Notes: generated by a model from the sequence alone, not told the origin. 64,000 nucleotides of DNA from Nitrospirota bacterium (GCA_963790025.1 CAWBMP010000005.1:448001-512000), one strand, 5' to 3'; positions 19,266-29,680 are shown, counted from the stretch's first letter. Numbers and translations are program-made.

Positions 19266-20744
19266 ATGGAAGAAATAAACGATCTCATAGAACAGCGTAT
19301 TAAAAAACTAAATGAATTGCGGTCCGGCGGAGTCGACCCGTATGACGGAAAATTCAATCCTGAAAGCCATGCGGAGGACTTGAAAGCGGCTTACCGTGAC
19401 ACGACTAAAGAGTATCTTGAAACAGAGGCCGTCTACGCTTCTATTGCCGGCAGGCTCGTGGCGATGCGGGATTTTGGAAAGGCCTCGTTCGCCCACGTCC
19501 AGGATGCCACAGGAAAGATCCAGATATATCTGAAGAAAGACGTGCTTAAAGAACAATATGCGCTTGTGAAAAAACTCGACATCGGCGATATAATCGGCAT
19601 TTCCGGAAGGCTATTCAGGACAAGGACGGACGAACTGACAATCCAGGTGGAGATAATTGTTCTGCTGAGCAAGTCGCTCCGTCCCCTCCCGGAGAAATGG
19701 CACGGGCTGAAGGACGTGGAGATGCGCTACCGTCAGCGCTATGTCGATCTCATTGTCAATCCTGAAGTAAAAGATGTCTTTGCGAGGCGTGGTGCTATAA
19801 TCAAGGCTGCCAGGGACTTCCTCGAAGCAAAAGGTTTTATTGAAGTCGAAACTCCGATGATGCACCAGATACCCGGCGGCGCAACTGCAAGGCCGTTTAG
19901 CACGCACCATAACGCTCTCGATATCGATCTCTATCTGAGGGTCGCTCCCGAACTTTATCTTAAGAGGCTGCTCGTGGGCGGTTATGAAAGGGTTTTTGAG
20001 CTGAACAAAAATTTCAGGAACGAAGGCATATCCACTAAACATAATCCGGAATTTACGATGCTGGAATTCTATATTGCTTATAAGGATTACACTTTTTTGA
20101 TGTCCTTTACAGAGGAGTTTTTCTCTTATGTGGCAAATAAGGCACTCGGCACTTTAAAAATCCCATACGGAGATGCCATTATCGATTTGACGCCGCCATG
20201 GCCGAGGATACCGATGCTCGAGGCCCTCAGACAAAAGGGTGTGCCGGACGACGTTGTTACGGACCAGGATAAGGCCAGAGATTGGGCGAGGGTAAAGAAG
20301 CTCGATGTCCCGGACGGCGCATCTTACGGTAACGTGCTTGATGAGATTTTCAAAGAGTTGGTGGAGCCTGAATTGATACAGCCTACCTTTATCACGGATT
20401 ACCCTGTTGAACTCTCCCCTCTTGCCAAGCGGAAGGCTGATGACCCCGGACTGGTGGAACGGTTTGAGCTTTTTATCGCAGCCAGGGAGATTGCAAACGC
20501 CTTCTCCGAGTTGAATGATCCCATTGACCAGAAAATGAGATTTTTAAAACAGGTTGAGGCCAAACAAAAAGGTGACGAAGAGGCCCACTGGATGGACGAA
20601 GACTACGTGCGGGCCCTGGAATACGGCATGCCCCCGGCAGCCGGGGAGGGTATAGGCATAGACAGGCTTGTCATGCTTCTCACCGGTTCCCAATCCATAA
20701 GAGACGTTATACTCTTCCCGCAGTTGAAGCCGGAACAACAATAA
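19266..20744 (+). CDS. lysS: Lysine--tRNA ligase (class II)
   Basis: RYRQRYVDL, GGATARPF, APELYLKRL, FRNEG, GIGIDRLVM; start moved from TTG 19227 to ATG 19266. Confidence 0.98.
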   Translation: MEEINDLIEQRIKKLNELRSGGVDPYDGKFNPESHAEDLKAAYRDTTKEYLETEAVYASIAGRLVAMRDFGKASFAHVQDATGKIQIYLKKDVLKEQYALVKKLDIGDIIGISGRLFRTRTDELTIQVEIIVLLSKSLRPLPEKWHGLKDVEMRYRQRYVDLIVNPEVKDVFARRGAIIKAARDFLEAKGFIEVETPMMHQIPGGATARPFSTHHNALDIDLYLRVAPELYLKRLLVGGYERVFELNKNFRNEGISTKHNPEFTMLEFYIAYKDYTFLMSFTEEFFSYVANKALGTLKIPYGDAIIDLTPPWPRIPMLEALRQKGVPDDVVTDQDKARDWARVKKLDVPDGASYGNVLDEIFKELVEPELIQPTFITDYPVELSPLAKRKADDPGLVERFELFIAAREIANAFSELNDPIDQKMRFLKQVEAKQKGDEEAHWMDEDYVRALEYGMPPAAGEGIGIDRLVMLLTGSQSIRDVILFPQLKPEQQ

Positions 20745-20748
20745 CATA

Positions 20749-21978
20749 ATGGACCTTCCTTATCCGTTTTTTATCGCCTTACGGTACCTGAAGTCGAAGG
20801 GACAGCACAAGGGTGTTTCGTTCAATACCGTCATCTCCATAAGCGGGGTTGCTGTTGGAGTAATGGCGCTGCTTGTCGTGCTGTCGGTAATGAGCGGCTT
20901 CCAGGAGGACCTCCAGAGAAAAATTCTGGGCGCCAATGCGCATGCGATCGTCCAGAGTTACCGCGGCGCAATAGACGATTACTCACAGCTGATCACAAGG
21001 CTCAGCGGCCAACCGCATGTAGTTTCTGTTTCACCTTTTGTTATCGGCCAGGTGATGGTGACAAACGGCCATAAGGCCCACGGGGTTTTTTTGAGGGGAA
21101 TAGATCCTGTATCGGAATACGCTACGACCGACCTTTTGAAACATATTGTCTCCGGCACCAGCGCAGACCTTACGAATAAAAATGGTGTGCCCTGGATAAT
21201 TATCGGCAACGAGCTGGCATCGATGCTCGGGGTGATGGCAGGCGATAATATCTCCATTGTTTCACCGGTCGGTGAAATGGGACCTCTCGGAATGCTGCCT
21301 AAAGTGAGGCAGTTCAGGGTTGCCGCTATTTTTCAGATGGGTATGTTTGAGTATGATTCCAGCCTCGTCCTGACCGGTATGGATGCTGCCCGGAATTTCT
21401 TTGGGCTCGGAAATTCCGTTTCCGGTATCGAACTGCGTCTTGATGATATTTATAAGGCCCCGGAGGTGCGCGAATCTGTGACATCAATGCTCGGTTTTCC
21501 CTATTATGTACGGGACTGGATGCAGATGAACCGGAACCTTTTTTCAGCCTTGAAGCTCGAGAAATTTGCGATGTTTGTAATACTGATCCTCATAGTGCTG
21601 GTAGCGTCGTTTAATATCGTCAGCACTCTCATGATGAGCGTCATGGAAAAACAGAAAGAGATCGCAATATTAAAGACCATGGGTGCAACTCATCAAGGCG
21701 TTATGGCGATATTCATGCTTCAGGGCCTGCTCATCGGTCTTGTCGGCACAGCCATAGGCGTATCCGGCGGCTTTATTCTGGGCAAAGTGCTTAACAACTT
21801 CGAGTTGATAAAGCTGCCGGCTGACGTGTACTATTTGAGCAAGCTGCCGGTAAAAATGAAGCTTATCGATTTTCTTGTTGTTTCCATTTCAGCCGTTGTG
21901 ATCAGCTTCCTCTCTACGCTTTACCCGTCATATTATGCCGCAAAATTGAACCCTGCTGAACCGCTGAGGTATGAATGA
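20749..21978 (+). CDS. lolE: Lipoprotein-releasing ABC transporter permease LolC/E
   Basis: LSVMSGF, DWMQMNRNLFSALKLEK, KEIAILKTMGA, PAEPLRYE; lysS-lol synteny. Confidence 0.92.
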   Translation: MDLPYPFFIALRYLKSKGQHKGVSFNTVISISGVAVGVMALLVVLSVMSGFQEDLQRKILGANAHAIVQSYRGAIDDYSQLITRLSGQPHVVSVSPFVIGQVMVTNGHKAHGVFLRGIDPVSEYATTDLLKHIVSGTSADLTNKNGVPWIIIGNELASMLGVMAGDNISIVSPVGEMGPLGMLPKVRQFRVAAIFQMGMFEYDSSLVLTGMDAARNFFGLGNSVSGIELRLDDIYKAPEVRESVTSMLGFPYYVRDWMQMNRNLFSALKLEKFAMFVILILIVLVASFNIVSTLMMSVMEKQKEIAILKTMGATHQGVMAIFMLQGLLIGLVGTAIGVSGGFILGKVLNNFELIKLPADVYYLSKLPVKMKLIDFLVVSISAVVISFLSTLYPSYYAAKLNPAEPLRYE

Positions 21979-22346
21979 TGTTCAGGTTTATTAGAACAAT
22001 TCTTCGTTTGTTTGTGGCAGCGCTGATTATCTTTTTTGCCTTCTCCATGTGGAAGGGCGGCGGGGAATTCAGGTGGTTCGGGGAGAAACTGGGTGAGAAG
22101 GCCGACGAGATCAAGTTAAAAAAAGATGAAGCCGTTGAAAAGATAAAAAAATTGACAGGCATGGGAGTCCCCGAAAAGTCACAGACTTTTAATAAACATC
22201 ATGTCAAAACGGATGAAACTTCGAAGAAAAAGACAAAAGAGACCGACCCTGAAGTTGTCGGGGGAGGCAGTGATGAAAATAAGCCGTCAGAAAGTTTATG
22301 GGACACTATATGGAAAAAGATGAAAGCGCTGATGCAAAAGGCTTAA
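21975..22346 (+). CDS. Hypothetical membrane-anchored Lys-rich protein
   Basis: ATGA overlap with lolE; N-terminal TM helix. Confidence 0.7.
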   Translation: MMFRFIRTILRLFVAALIIFFAFSMWKGGGEFRWFGEKLGEKADEIKLKKDEAVEKIKKLTGMGVPEKSQTFNKHHVKTDETSKKKTKETDPEVVGGGSDENKPSESLWDTIWKKMKALMQKA

Positions 22347-22457
22347 CCACAGAGTTCACAGAGGAAAGAATCAGAGCAGCGAGAGGAATAAATATCATTA
22401 AAAAGAATAAGCTTCTCTGTGAACTCTTTTTTCTGAAACTCAGTGTTCTCTGTGGTT
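22345..22457. repeat. Nonamer (CACAGAG-core) tandem-repeat palindrome
   Basis: AACCACAGAG-TTCACAGAG at 22345..22363 versus CTCAGTGTT-CTCTGTGGTT at 22439..22457, plus inner CTCTGTGAACTC at 22415..22426. Confidence 0.8.
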
Positions 22458-22496
22458 CATATTTTTTTGCAAAAGACACAAAGGAGTAGCTGCCGG

Positions 22497-23243
22497 ATGC
22501 TGGAACTGATAAAGGTTGCCGGACTCAAAAAGTCTTTTTTTACTCCTGCTGGAGAATTAAGGGTATTGCAGGGCCTGGACACTGTTTTCAGCGAGGGAGA
22601 GATAGTCAGTATAATTGGTGTTTCGGGAGCGGGGAAAAGCACTTTTCTGCACATCCTGGGGACGCTCGACCGGCCCACGGAAGGCTCAGTCACTTATACG
22701 ATTGATGGAGGCGCTATTGACCCATTCATGCTTGGCGACGGCGAGTTAGCCTCGTTCCGGAACAGCGTAATCGGGTTTGTGTTCCAGTTCCACTATCTCC
22801 TGCCTGAGTTCAGCGCACTTGAGAATGTGATGATGCCGGGCCTTCTCATCCAACGAGGAAGGAAACGACCTTTTGACAGGTCCGGTGACCGGTCCGGCGA
22901 GCGGACGGCATATGAGACGGGGGCAGTAAAGGACCGGGCCGAGCGGCTGCTGAATGATCTCGGTGTTTTTGCACGGCGGTATCACAAACCTGGAGAGCTG
23001 TCCGGCGGCGAGCAGCAGCGCGTGGCTGTTGCAAGGGCGCTCCTGCTGGAACCGAGAGTTGTGCTTGCCGATGAGCCGACCGGCAACCTCGACAGCGCTA
23101 CGGGGGAGGAGCTTTTCAAGCTTTTAATGGAGATGAACACAAAAAGCGGCGTTACTTTCGTTGTGGTGACACATAACGAGCCCCTGTCTAAAAAGTGCCA
23201 CAGGACGATCGAGATGTTTGACGGCAGGATGGTCCATCATTAG
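22497..23243 (+). CDS. lolD: Lipoprotein-releasing ABC transporter ATPase LolD
   Basis: GVSGAGKST, GFVFQFHYLLPEFSALENV, LSGGEQQRVAVARAL, ADEPTGNLD; AAGGAG SD before ATG 22497. Confidence 0.93.
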   Translation: MLELIKVAGLKKSFFTPAGELRVLQGLDTVFSEGEIVSIIGVSGAGKSTFLHILGTLDRPTEGSVTYTIDGGAIDPFMLGDGELASFRNSVIGFVFQFHYLLPEFSALENVMMPGLLIQRGRKRPFDRSGDRSGERTAYETGAVKDRAERLLNDLGVFARRYHKPGELSGGEQQRVAVARALLLEPRVVLADEPTGNLDSATGEELFKLLMEMNTKSGVTFVVVTHNEPLSKKCHRTIEMFDGRMVHH

Positions 23244-23593
23244 TACAAAAAAGATTTCCAGACGGAACTGACTCGGCGCCAAGTACTCCCTCAGGTTGAC
23301 AGGCAAGGCACATCATCAGAGATTTTGAATAACCTCTGAATGACCGATAGTTTCAAAGTTATGTTATGAGTTCACTTATGTTGTGAAGTCAGATGATCCG
23401 CCTAATTTAAATGTTTTTTCTTGATTTGACACCACATAAATAATTCTTTTACATGACTGGCTGTTCCTAGTGTAGTGCGTCATAAATCAACTGGTTGACA
23501 TTAGCCAAAAATAAGGTACAGTTAAATTAGCAAGTGGTCCGGCAGGTTCCAGGAAATATATTAAGTTCGAATTGATTTCGTACAGGAGGTTTT

Positions 23594-23938
23594 ATGAGGA
23601 ATGATAATGTTGTCAAGGTCGGGGCAGTTTTTTTGATGGGGGGTGCAATCGGCGCGGCCATTGCACTGCTTTATGCACCTCAGTCGGGCCCGGAGACGAG
23701 AAAGGACATCAAGCGGACGGCAAGGCGGGTGAAGAACGAGGCCGTCGACCTCGTCGAGGAAACCATAGACAGCGTCGATGATTTCGTGGATGAAACGAAA
23801 GACAGGGTTACAGAACTCATTGACAGGAGCATCGAGCTTTCGGGAGCTGCAAAAAAGGAGATCATCAAGACTCTGGAGCATGGACAGAAGGCCATCGAGA
23901 AACAGAAGAACAGGGTTATTGAGGCCATTGGTCTGTAA
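23594..23938 (+). CDS. YtxH-domain protein
   Basis: FLMGGAIGAAIALLYAPQSGPETRKDI motif; AGGAGG SD. Confidence 0.9.
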   Translation: MRNDNVVKVGAVFLMGGAIGAAIALLYAPQSGPETRKDIKRTARRVKNEAVDLVEETIDSVDDFVDETKDRVTELIDRSIELSGAAKKEIIKTLEHGQKAIEKQKNRVIEAIGL

Positions 23939-24012
23939 ACCGTGCCCTATGATCCGATAATATCAAACTCCTTTTCTTAACTCGAATTCAACAAGCCTCG
24001 GGATCATCTCAG

Positions 24013-24053
24013 GTTCAGCAACAGCGGCGCTACTGAAACCGCTGTTGCTGAAC
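24013..24053. terminator. Perfect 15-bp hairpin downstream of the YtxH-domain gene (terminator or REP-like)
   Basis: GTTCAGCAACAGCGG-11 nt-CCGCTGTTGCTGAAC; no clear U-tract on the + strand. Confidence 0.5.
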
Positions 24054-24315
24054 TCGAAAAGCAATAGCCCGATGAGTATTCTGAGAAATGATGACAGGGT
24101 GACGGACATTTCCGAAGAATATATCTTACTAACTTCTTGCATAAGATCATTGTTGTGGTTATTTTATATTGATTTATTTAAGTTGCGTTTTGTAACCAAG
24201 CTGCTATATTATTCAACATTATTCTTGATAAAATGGTATTGAACAGCAGATAATAAGCCTTAATTTGGTGGAGGCTACTTTTTTTAAAGAATAATAATGA
24301 TTTGGAGGAAGTTTA

Positions 24316-26283
24316 ATGTTTAAGAATTTCAAAATCGGGTTCCGGCTTGGATTGGGTTTTGGCGTAGTGTTATTTTTCACCACAGCCATCCTGCTGCTGG
24401 GATTATACAAAATGGCAGAGATGAATGATAAATTGAATCGTATAGTCAATGTTAACAACGTCAAAATGGAGAATGCCAATGCAGCCGCAATGGCTGTTCT
24501 TAACATTTCAAACAACTTAAGGATAACTGATGATGAAGCGGCCAAATTCGAACAGAAAAATAAAATCGAGGCCGCAAGAAAAATTTACGGAGACGCAATA
24601 GCCAAACTCAAAGAACTGGAAAAATTCGAAGAAGGCATTCAGGCAATAAAGAGAGTAGAGGAAGCAATTGTTCCTGCTAAAGAAGCTAACAAAAAATTCA
24701 TGGATTTATATGTTGCAAATAAATATGCTGAAGCCGGTGCAACCCTTGTAAAGGAATCAATCCCTCTTGCGGAAAAAGTTTCAGAAGAGTTGAATAAATT
24801 AATCAGATTTGAGGATCAGCGAAATAAAATAAGATATGAAGAAGCAAAGCAGGCTTATAACAGTCAAAAATCACTAATGATAATCTTCGGCATAGCCGCA
24901 ATAGTAATGGCGGTAATTATCGCTTTATTTACAACAAGTATGATTACAGTTCCTCTTCGGGATTTAATAAACAAGATAGAGGAACTGGCCAAGGGAAATC
25001 TCAGGGTGTCCGTTGATACTGACAGAAAAGATGAAATAGGCGAACTTTCCAGCAGCTTGAGCAGAATGATTCAGTCCTTTAATAAGATGATCAATAATAT
25101 CCTCACCTCAGCCAATAACGTGGTGTCAACAGTCGATCTTCTTAGGGCCAAGGCAGACAGGTCGGCAGAAGGAGCCCGGCAGCAATCCGGCCAGGCAGCC
25201 CAGATCGCAACAGCAGCAGAGGAGATGAGCCAGACTATCACAGATATCGCCAAGAATGCTTCTATAGCTTCTGAGACCTCTGCCGAGGCCATGCAAGTGG
25301 CGAGAGGCGGACAGGAAGTGGCTAACAATGCGGTAGAAACCGTGAATAGGGTCTACACCTCGACAGTAGAGCTTGCCAGCATGGTTGAAAAGCTTAACAG
25401 CAGATCTTCTGAGATTGGAGACATTATAACGGTCATCAAAGATATAGCTGACCAGACAAATCTCCTTGCCTTAAACGCTGCAATAGAAGCAGCCAGAGCA
25501 GGGGAACAGGGGAGAGGATTCGCAGTTGTTGCCGATGAAGTGAGGAAACTGGCGGAGAGAACAATCAAAGCCACAACTGAAATATCCGACAAGATCGGGG
25601 CGGTGCAGGAAGAATCTACCCATACACAGGAATCCATGTCCGAAGCATCAGATGAGGTAACGAAGGCTACGGAATACATACGGAACGTGGGGACCTCATT
25701 GGAGTCTATTGTGGAAGCGGTGCATAAGGTTAGAGACCAGATTACTCAGATAGCAACAGCTGTGGACGAACAGTCGGCTGCATCGGAAGAAGTTGCAAGT
25801 AACATAGAGAAGACATCGGATATTGCAAAAGAGATGGAAGGCAACTCGGGTGAGGTGATGAATTCGGTAACCAAGCTGCTCACTATAGCTGAGGAATTGA
25901 GAGGAACGGCAGGGGTATTTGTAACCGAGGGCAGTCATCTGATCATGTGCGACACGGCAAGGCTTGACCACAGAATGTTTGTAGCCAAAATAAACTCTCA
26001 CCTGAAGGGAGCCATGACACTTGATGCATCAAAATTGCCGGACCACCATACGTGCAGGTTTGGGAAATGGTACGATACGCTCGGAAAAGAAATTTGCGGC
26101 GACCTGCCCAGTTACAAAGCGTTAAATGGACCACATGAGAGAATCCATGCCTTGGCAAAAGATGCCGTTTCCGCATACAGTTCTGGAGATAGGGAAAGAG
26201 CAGCTCGAATATACGAAGACATTGAGACTTTATCGGCACAGGTTACGGATCTTCTCGAAAATATAAAAAGGGAATCTTGCTGA
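24316..26283 (+). CDS. Methyl-accepting chemotaxis protein (4HB sensor-HAMP-MA) with C-terminal CZB zinc-binding domain
   Basis: [57 protein letters not shown]. Confidence 0.95.
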   Translation: MFKNFKIGFRLGLGFGVVLFFTTAILLLGLYKMAEMNDKLNRIVNVNNVKMENANAAAMAVLNISNNLRITDDEAAKFEQKNKIEAARKIYGDAIAKLKELEKFEEGIQAIKRVEEAIVPAKEANKKFMDLYVANKYAEAGATLVKESIPLAEKVSEELNKLIRFEDQRNKIRYEEAKQAYNSQKSLMIIFGIAAIVMAVIIALFTTSMITVPLRDLINKIEELAKGNLRVSVDTDRKDEIGELSSSLSRMIQSFNKMINNILTSANNVVSTVDLLRAKADRSAEGARQQSGQAAQIATAAEEMSQTITDIAKNASIASETSAEAMQVARGGQEVANNAVETVNRVYTSTVELASMVEKLNSRSSEIGDIITVIKDIADQTNLLALNAAIEAARAGEQGRGFAVVADEVRKLAERTIKATTEISDKIGAVQEESTHTQESMSEASDEVTKATEYIRNVGTSLESIVEAVHKVRDQITQIATAVDEQSAASEEVASNIEKTSDIAKEMEGNSGEVMNSVTKLLTIAEELRGTAGVFVTEGSHLIMCDTARLDHRMFVAKINSHLKGAMTLDASKLPDHHTCRFGKWYDTLGKEICGDLPSYKALNGPHERIHALAKDAVSAYSSGDRERAARIYEDIETLSAQVTDLLENIKRESC

Positions 26284-26341
26284 TTAGATGGCAAGATGTC
26301 CCGATTTGTGAAAAAAAAGGGGATGTGATAAACTCTTCAGC

Positions 26342-26770
26342 ATGCCGGGTGAAGAAAGAAGAAATTCAAGACGAATAGCCGTCGGTTTTCCTGCAACGAT
26401 CAGATCAGGAAGCAGGTGTTATGAGGGATATTTAACCGATGTATCCGAGCACGGGATTGGCTACGTAATAACCTCACTGATTCAGTCTGCAGAGGTCTAT
26501 TTCCCAAAGCGTTTTGATGATGCAGAGCACTCAATCGGCTCTTTAAAATCGATAGCAGATGATTTCGCTTCGGGAAAAATTATTGAACTCAGTTTCACTA
26601 TTCCTTCCGGCGATAAAGTTGATTTAAAGTGCAGCCTGGCATGGTTCCTGGATGACGCATCAAAGAGTAATGCGACCATAGGTATGAGAATTACAGATAA
26701 TTCCCCGGCATTCTTACAATTGATGAAAGATCTGGACGAAGAGCAAAGCGGCTTCTCCCGAGGCAAGTAA
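26342..26770 (+). CDS. PilZ-domain protein
   Basis: ERRNSRR (RxxxR) and DVSEHG (DxSxxG); preceded by TTGTGA-17-TAAACT-7 nt-ATG. Confidence 0.85.
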   Translation: MPGEERRNSRRIAVGFPATIRSGSRCYEGYLTDVSEHGIGYVITSLIQSAEVYFPKRFDDAEHSIGSLKSIADDFASGKIIELSFTIPSGDKVDLKCSLAWFLDDASKSNATIGMRITDNSPAFLQLMKDLDEEQSGFSRGK

Positions 26771-26840
26771 GTACTCATCTATTGAATAGATAGTTATAGA
26801 TGGGTTATCATACTAAGCTATTATTTTTGGAGGAGTTGCC

Positions 26841-28733
26841 ATTAAAATTTTATTGCCTGACGGCTCGGAAAAAGTAGTTGAGAAGTCCGAGCTGCAAAAA
26901 CATATCGAAGCATCTCGCGCTTTCGGAATTAGGGTGAATGGAGAGTTCAGGGATTTGGCATCTCTCGATACCTTGCCTCCAGAAGCTGTTGTCGAACCAA
27001 TCACCTTTAATTCGAAAGAAGGAAAGGACATATACCGCCACAGCGCATCTCATATCATGGCCCATGCCGTAAAGGAATTGTTCCCAGGGGTCAAATTCGC
27101 CATAGGTCCCTCCATAGAAGAAGGTTTTTATTACGACCTCGAAAGTGCGGAACACTTTGCCCCCGAGGACCTCGAAAAGATTGAAAAAAAGATGAAGGAG
27201 ATTATCAAGCGGAACAACCCCTTTGTCAGAAAGGAGGTTGCGAGGGATGAAGCTATAGAGCTTTTCAGGAAAATGGATGAGCCATACAAGGTCGAGCTGC
27301 TTCAGGAGATCCCGGATGCTGCGGTCTCTTTGTATGAAGAAGGAGGGTTTGTTGACCTCTGCAGAGGGCCGCACCTGCCGAAGACCGGAAGAGTGAAGGC
27401 ATTCAAACTGTTGAGTATTGCGGGGGCTTACTGGCGCGGCAACGAAAAGAACAAAATGCTCCAGAGGATATACGGAACTGCTTTTGACACGAAGGAGGAG
27501 CTCAAGTCCTATCTCGATTTCCTTGAAGAAGTGAAGAAGCGGGACCACCGGAAGCTCGGTAAAGAGCTCGATCTTTTCAGCATAAGCGACGATATAGGTC
27601 CTGGCCTCATACTTTGGCACCCTAATGGCGCAATTATAAGAAAAACGATAGAGGACTTCTGGAGGGACGAGCATGTCAAGGCCGATTATAAACTCCTCTT
27701 TTCTCCCCACATTGCCCGGTTGCATTTATGGCAGGAGAGCGGTCACTGGGACTTTTACAGGGAAAATATGTACTCCCCCATGGAGATCGAAGAGATTGCC
27801 TATGAGTTGAAGCCGATGAATTGTCCTTTTCACATTGCTATCTATAAAAGTATGCTCAGGAGTTACCGGAATTTGCCGCTGCGATATGCGGAACTCGGCA
27901 CGGTATACCGCTACGAAAGGTCAGGAACGCTCCACGGTCTTATGCGGGTCAGGGGCTTCACGCAGGATGACGCGCATATTTTCTGCAGAGAGGACCAGAT
28001 CGAGGAGGAAATTGTAAATGTTCTCGATCTAACGCTCTTTGTTCTGAAGACCTTCGGGTTCGACTCATATGACATATATCTTTCTACCAGACCCGAAAAA
28101 TATGTGGGGGCGGTTGAAAACTGGGAGAGCGCAACGAATGCCCTGAAGCACGCGCTTGAGAAAAAAGGGTTGCCGTATGCCGTGGACCCGGGCGAGGGGG
28201 TTTTCTATGGCCCCAAGATAGATATAAAAATAAAGGACTCGCTCAACAGATCGTGGCAGTGCAGCACTATACAGGTTGATTTTAATCTTCCCGAACGGTT
28301 CGATACCGTATATCGCGGGACCGACGGCAAAGAACAAAGGCCGATAATGATCCACCGTGCATTGATGGGATCACTGGAGCGTTTTTTCGGCATCCTTATC
28401 GAACACCACGCCGGAATTTTCCCGCTTTGGCTTTCTCCTGTGCAGGTGTCGGTTTTGACAATTGCGGAAAGACATGAAGCCTATGCCGGGCAGGTATACG
28501 GGGAACTTAAAGGCGTGGGCATAAGGGCTGAACTGAATGCCGATAATGAGAAAATAGGGTACAAGATCCGTGAGGCCACGATGAGAAAAGTGTCGTATTT
28601 GATTATAATAGGGGATAAGGAAGTTGAGGACCGGACAATTACGGTGAGAAAACGGAACGGCGATAATATCGGGCCATTTACAACCGGAGAGTTTATAGCC
28701 ATAATAGAAGAAGAAGTAAAAAGTAAAAAGTAA
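26841..28733 (+). CDS. thrS: Threonine--tRNA ligase, probable ATT start
   Basis: RHSASHIMA, DLCRGPH, RDHRKLG, KPMNCP, GLMRVRGFTQDDAH; GGAGG SD 7 nt before ATT, giving IKILLPDGS. Confidence 0.98.
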   Translation: MKILLPDGSEKVVEKSELQKHIEASRAFGIRVNGEFRDLASLDTLPPEAVVEPITFNSKEGKDIYRHSASHIMAHAVKELFPGVKFAIGPSIEEGFYYDLESAEHFAPEDLEKIEKKMKEIIKRNNPFVRKEVARDEAIELFRKMDEPYKVELLQEIPDAAVSLYEEGGFVDLCRGPHLPKTGRVKAFKLLSIAGAYWRGNEKNKMLQRIYGTAFDTKEELKSYLDFLEEVKKRDHRKLGKELDLFSISDDIGPGLILWHPNGAIIRKTIEDFWRDEHVKADYKLLFSPHIARLHLWQESGHWDFYRENMYSPMEIEEIAYELKPMNCPFHIAIYKSMLRSYRNLPLRYAELGTVYRYERSGTLHGLMRVRGFTQDDAHIFCREDQIEEEIVNVLDLTLFVLKTFGFDSYDIYLSTRPEKYVGAVENWESATNALKHALEKKGLPYAVDPGEGVFYGPKIDIKIKDSLNRSWQCSTIQVDFNLPERFDTVYRGTDGKEQRPIMIHRALMGSLERFFGILIEHHAGIFPLWLSPVQVSVLTIAERHEAYAGQVYGELKGVGIRAELNADNEKIGYKIREATMRKVSYLIIIGDKEVEDRTITVRKRNGDNIGPFTTGEFIAIIEEEVKSKK

Positions 28734-28802
28734 AAAGTGACAGACATGTAGGCGATAAGCGGTAAGCGGCAAAAACGTATTTTTACTTTTTACTTTTTAC
28801 TT
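28714..28802. repeat. Heptamer tandem-repeat palindrome between thrS and infC
   Basis: (AAGTAAA)x3 containing the thrS stop versus (TTTACTT)x3; inner GCGATAA/GCGGTAA/GCGGCAA heptamers. Confidence 0.88.
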
Positions 28803-28823
28803 AATTCTTTAGGAGGTGAGAAC

Positions 28824-29324
28824 ATAAGCAAGGACATCAGAGTTAATGAAGGTATCAGGACAAGAGAAGTGCGGTTGATCGGCGGAATGGGAGAACAGCT
28901 TGGCGTGGTGTCAATACAGGAAGCGCTGAGGATATCAAGGGAAAGCGGTTACGACCTTGTTGAGGTTGCCCCTAATGCTACACCGCCGGTGTGCAGGGTG
29001 ATGGACTTCGGCAAGTATAAGTACCAAATGAGCAAAAAACATACTGCACGAAAGACCGCTGACCTTAAAGAAGTGAAGATCAGGCCCCAAATAACCGAGC
29101 ACGATCTGGAACTCAAAGTCAAGAACATCAGGCGTTTTCTTGATGAAGGAGATAAAGCCAAGGTTACCATGTTTTTCAGGGGACGGGAAATCGTGAGACC
29201 GGAAATGGGTATGAAAGTATTTGAGAAAATTACTGTGTTGCTTACGGGGAAATATAATGTCGAACAGCAACCCAAGCTGGAAGGCAATCATATTACGATG
29301 GTGATCACCCCCAGTACAAAATAA
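28824..29324 (+). CDS. infC: Translation initiation factor IF-3, ATA start
   Basis: [51 protein letters not shown] 5 nt before ATA 28824. Confidence 0.97.
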   Translation: MSKDIRVNEGIRTREVRLIGGMGEQLGVVSIQEALRISRESGYDLVEVAPNATPPVCRVMDFGKYKYQMSKKHTARKTADLKEVKIRPQITEHDLELKVKNIRRFLDEGDKAKVTMFFRGREIVRPEMGMKVFEKITVLLTGKYNVEQQPKLEGNHITMVITPSTK

Positions 29325-29349
29325 AAAGCGAAGGAGAGGAGGGAATTCA

Positions 29350-29550
29350 ATGCCAAAGATGAAAACTCACAGGGGCGCTGCGAAGCGTTTTAAAGTGACC
29401 GGCAGCGGGAAGATAAAGAGGAGCAAGGCTTTTAAGGGTCATCTTTTGACGGGCAAGTCTTCCAAAAGGGGCAGGAACCTCAGGAAAAGTACTTTAGTAC
29501 CTGAAGTGCAGTACGATAATGTTAAAAAACTTCTGCCGTATTCGTTTTAA
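29350..29550 (+). CDS. rpmI: 50S ribosomal protein L35
   Basis: [21 protein letters not shown]. Confidence 0.98.
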   Translation: MPKMKTHRGAAKRFKVTGSGKIKRSKAFKGHLLTGKSSKRGRNLRKSTLVPEVQYDNVKKLLPYSF

Positions 29551-29554
29551 AGCA

Positions 29555-29641
29555 CGTTCAGCGTACAGCGTTCTCCGCAAGAGAAATGAATAATACGGGT
29601 TTTTGCTTTGCCGTTAACGCTGAACGCTGAACGCCTTACGC
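29555..29641. repeat. Heptamer tandem-repeat palindrome between rpmI and rplT
   Basis: CGTTCAG/CGTACAG/CGTTCTC versus TTAACGC/TGAACGC/TGAACGC/CTTACGC. Confidence 0.8.
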
Positions 29642-29650
29642 GTTTTTTCC

Positions 29651-29680
29651 TTGACGCTTTGGTGCCGGATTAATTAAAAT
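29651..29680 (+). promoter_or_regulatory. Internal sigma70-type promoter before rplT
   Basis: TTGACG-18 nt-TAAAAT. Confidence 0.45.

Noticed and set aside
23245..23400. Possible ncRNA or glycine riboswitch (CTCAGG, short hairpin) after lolD
   Set aside because: Other conserved motifs are missing and I could not build a convincing fold
26771..26840. T-box or thrS operator leader
   Set aside because: Too short and no T-box consensus
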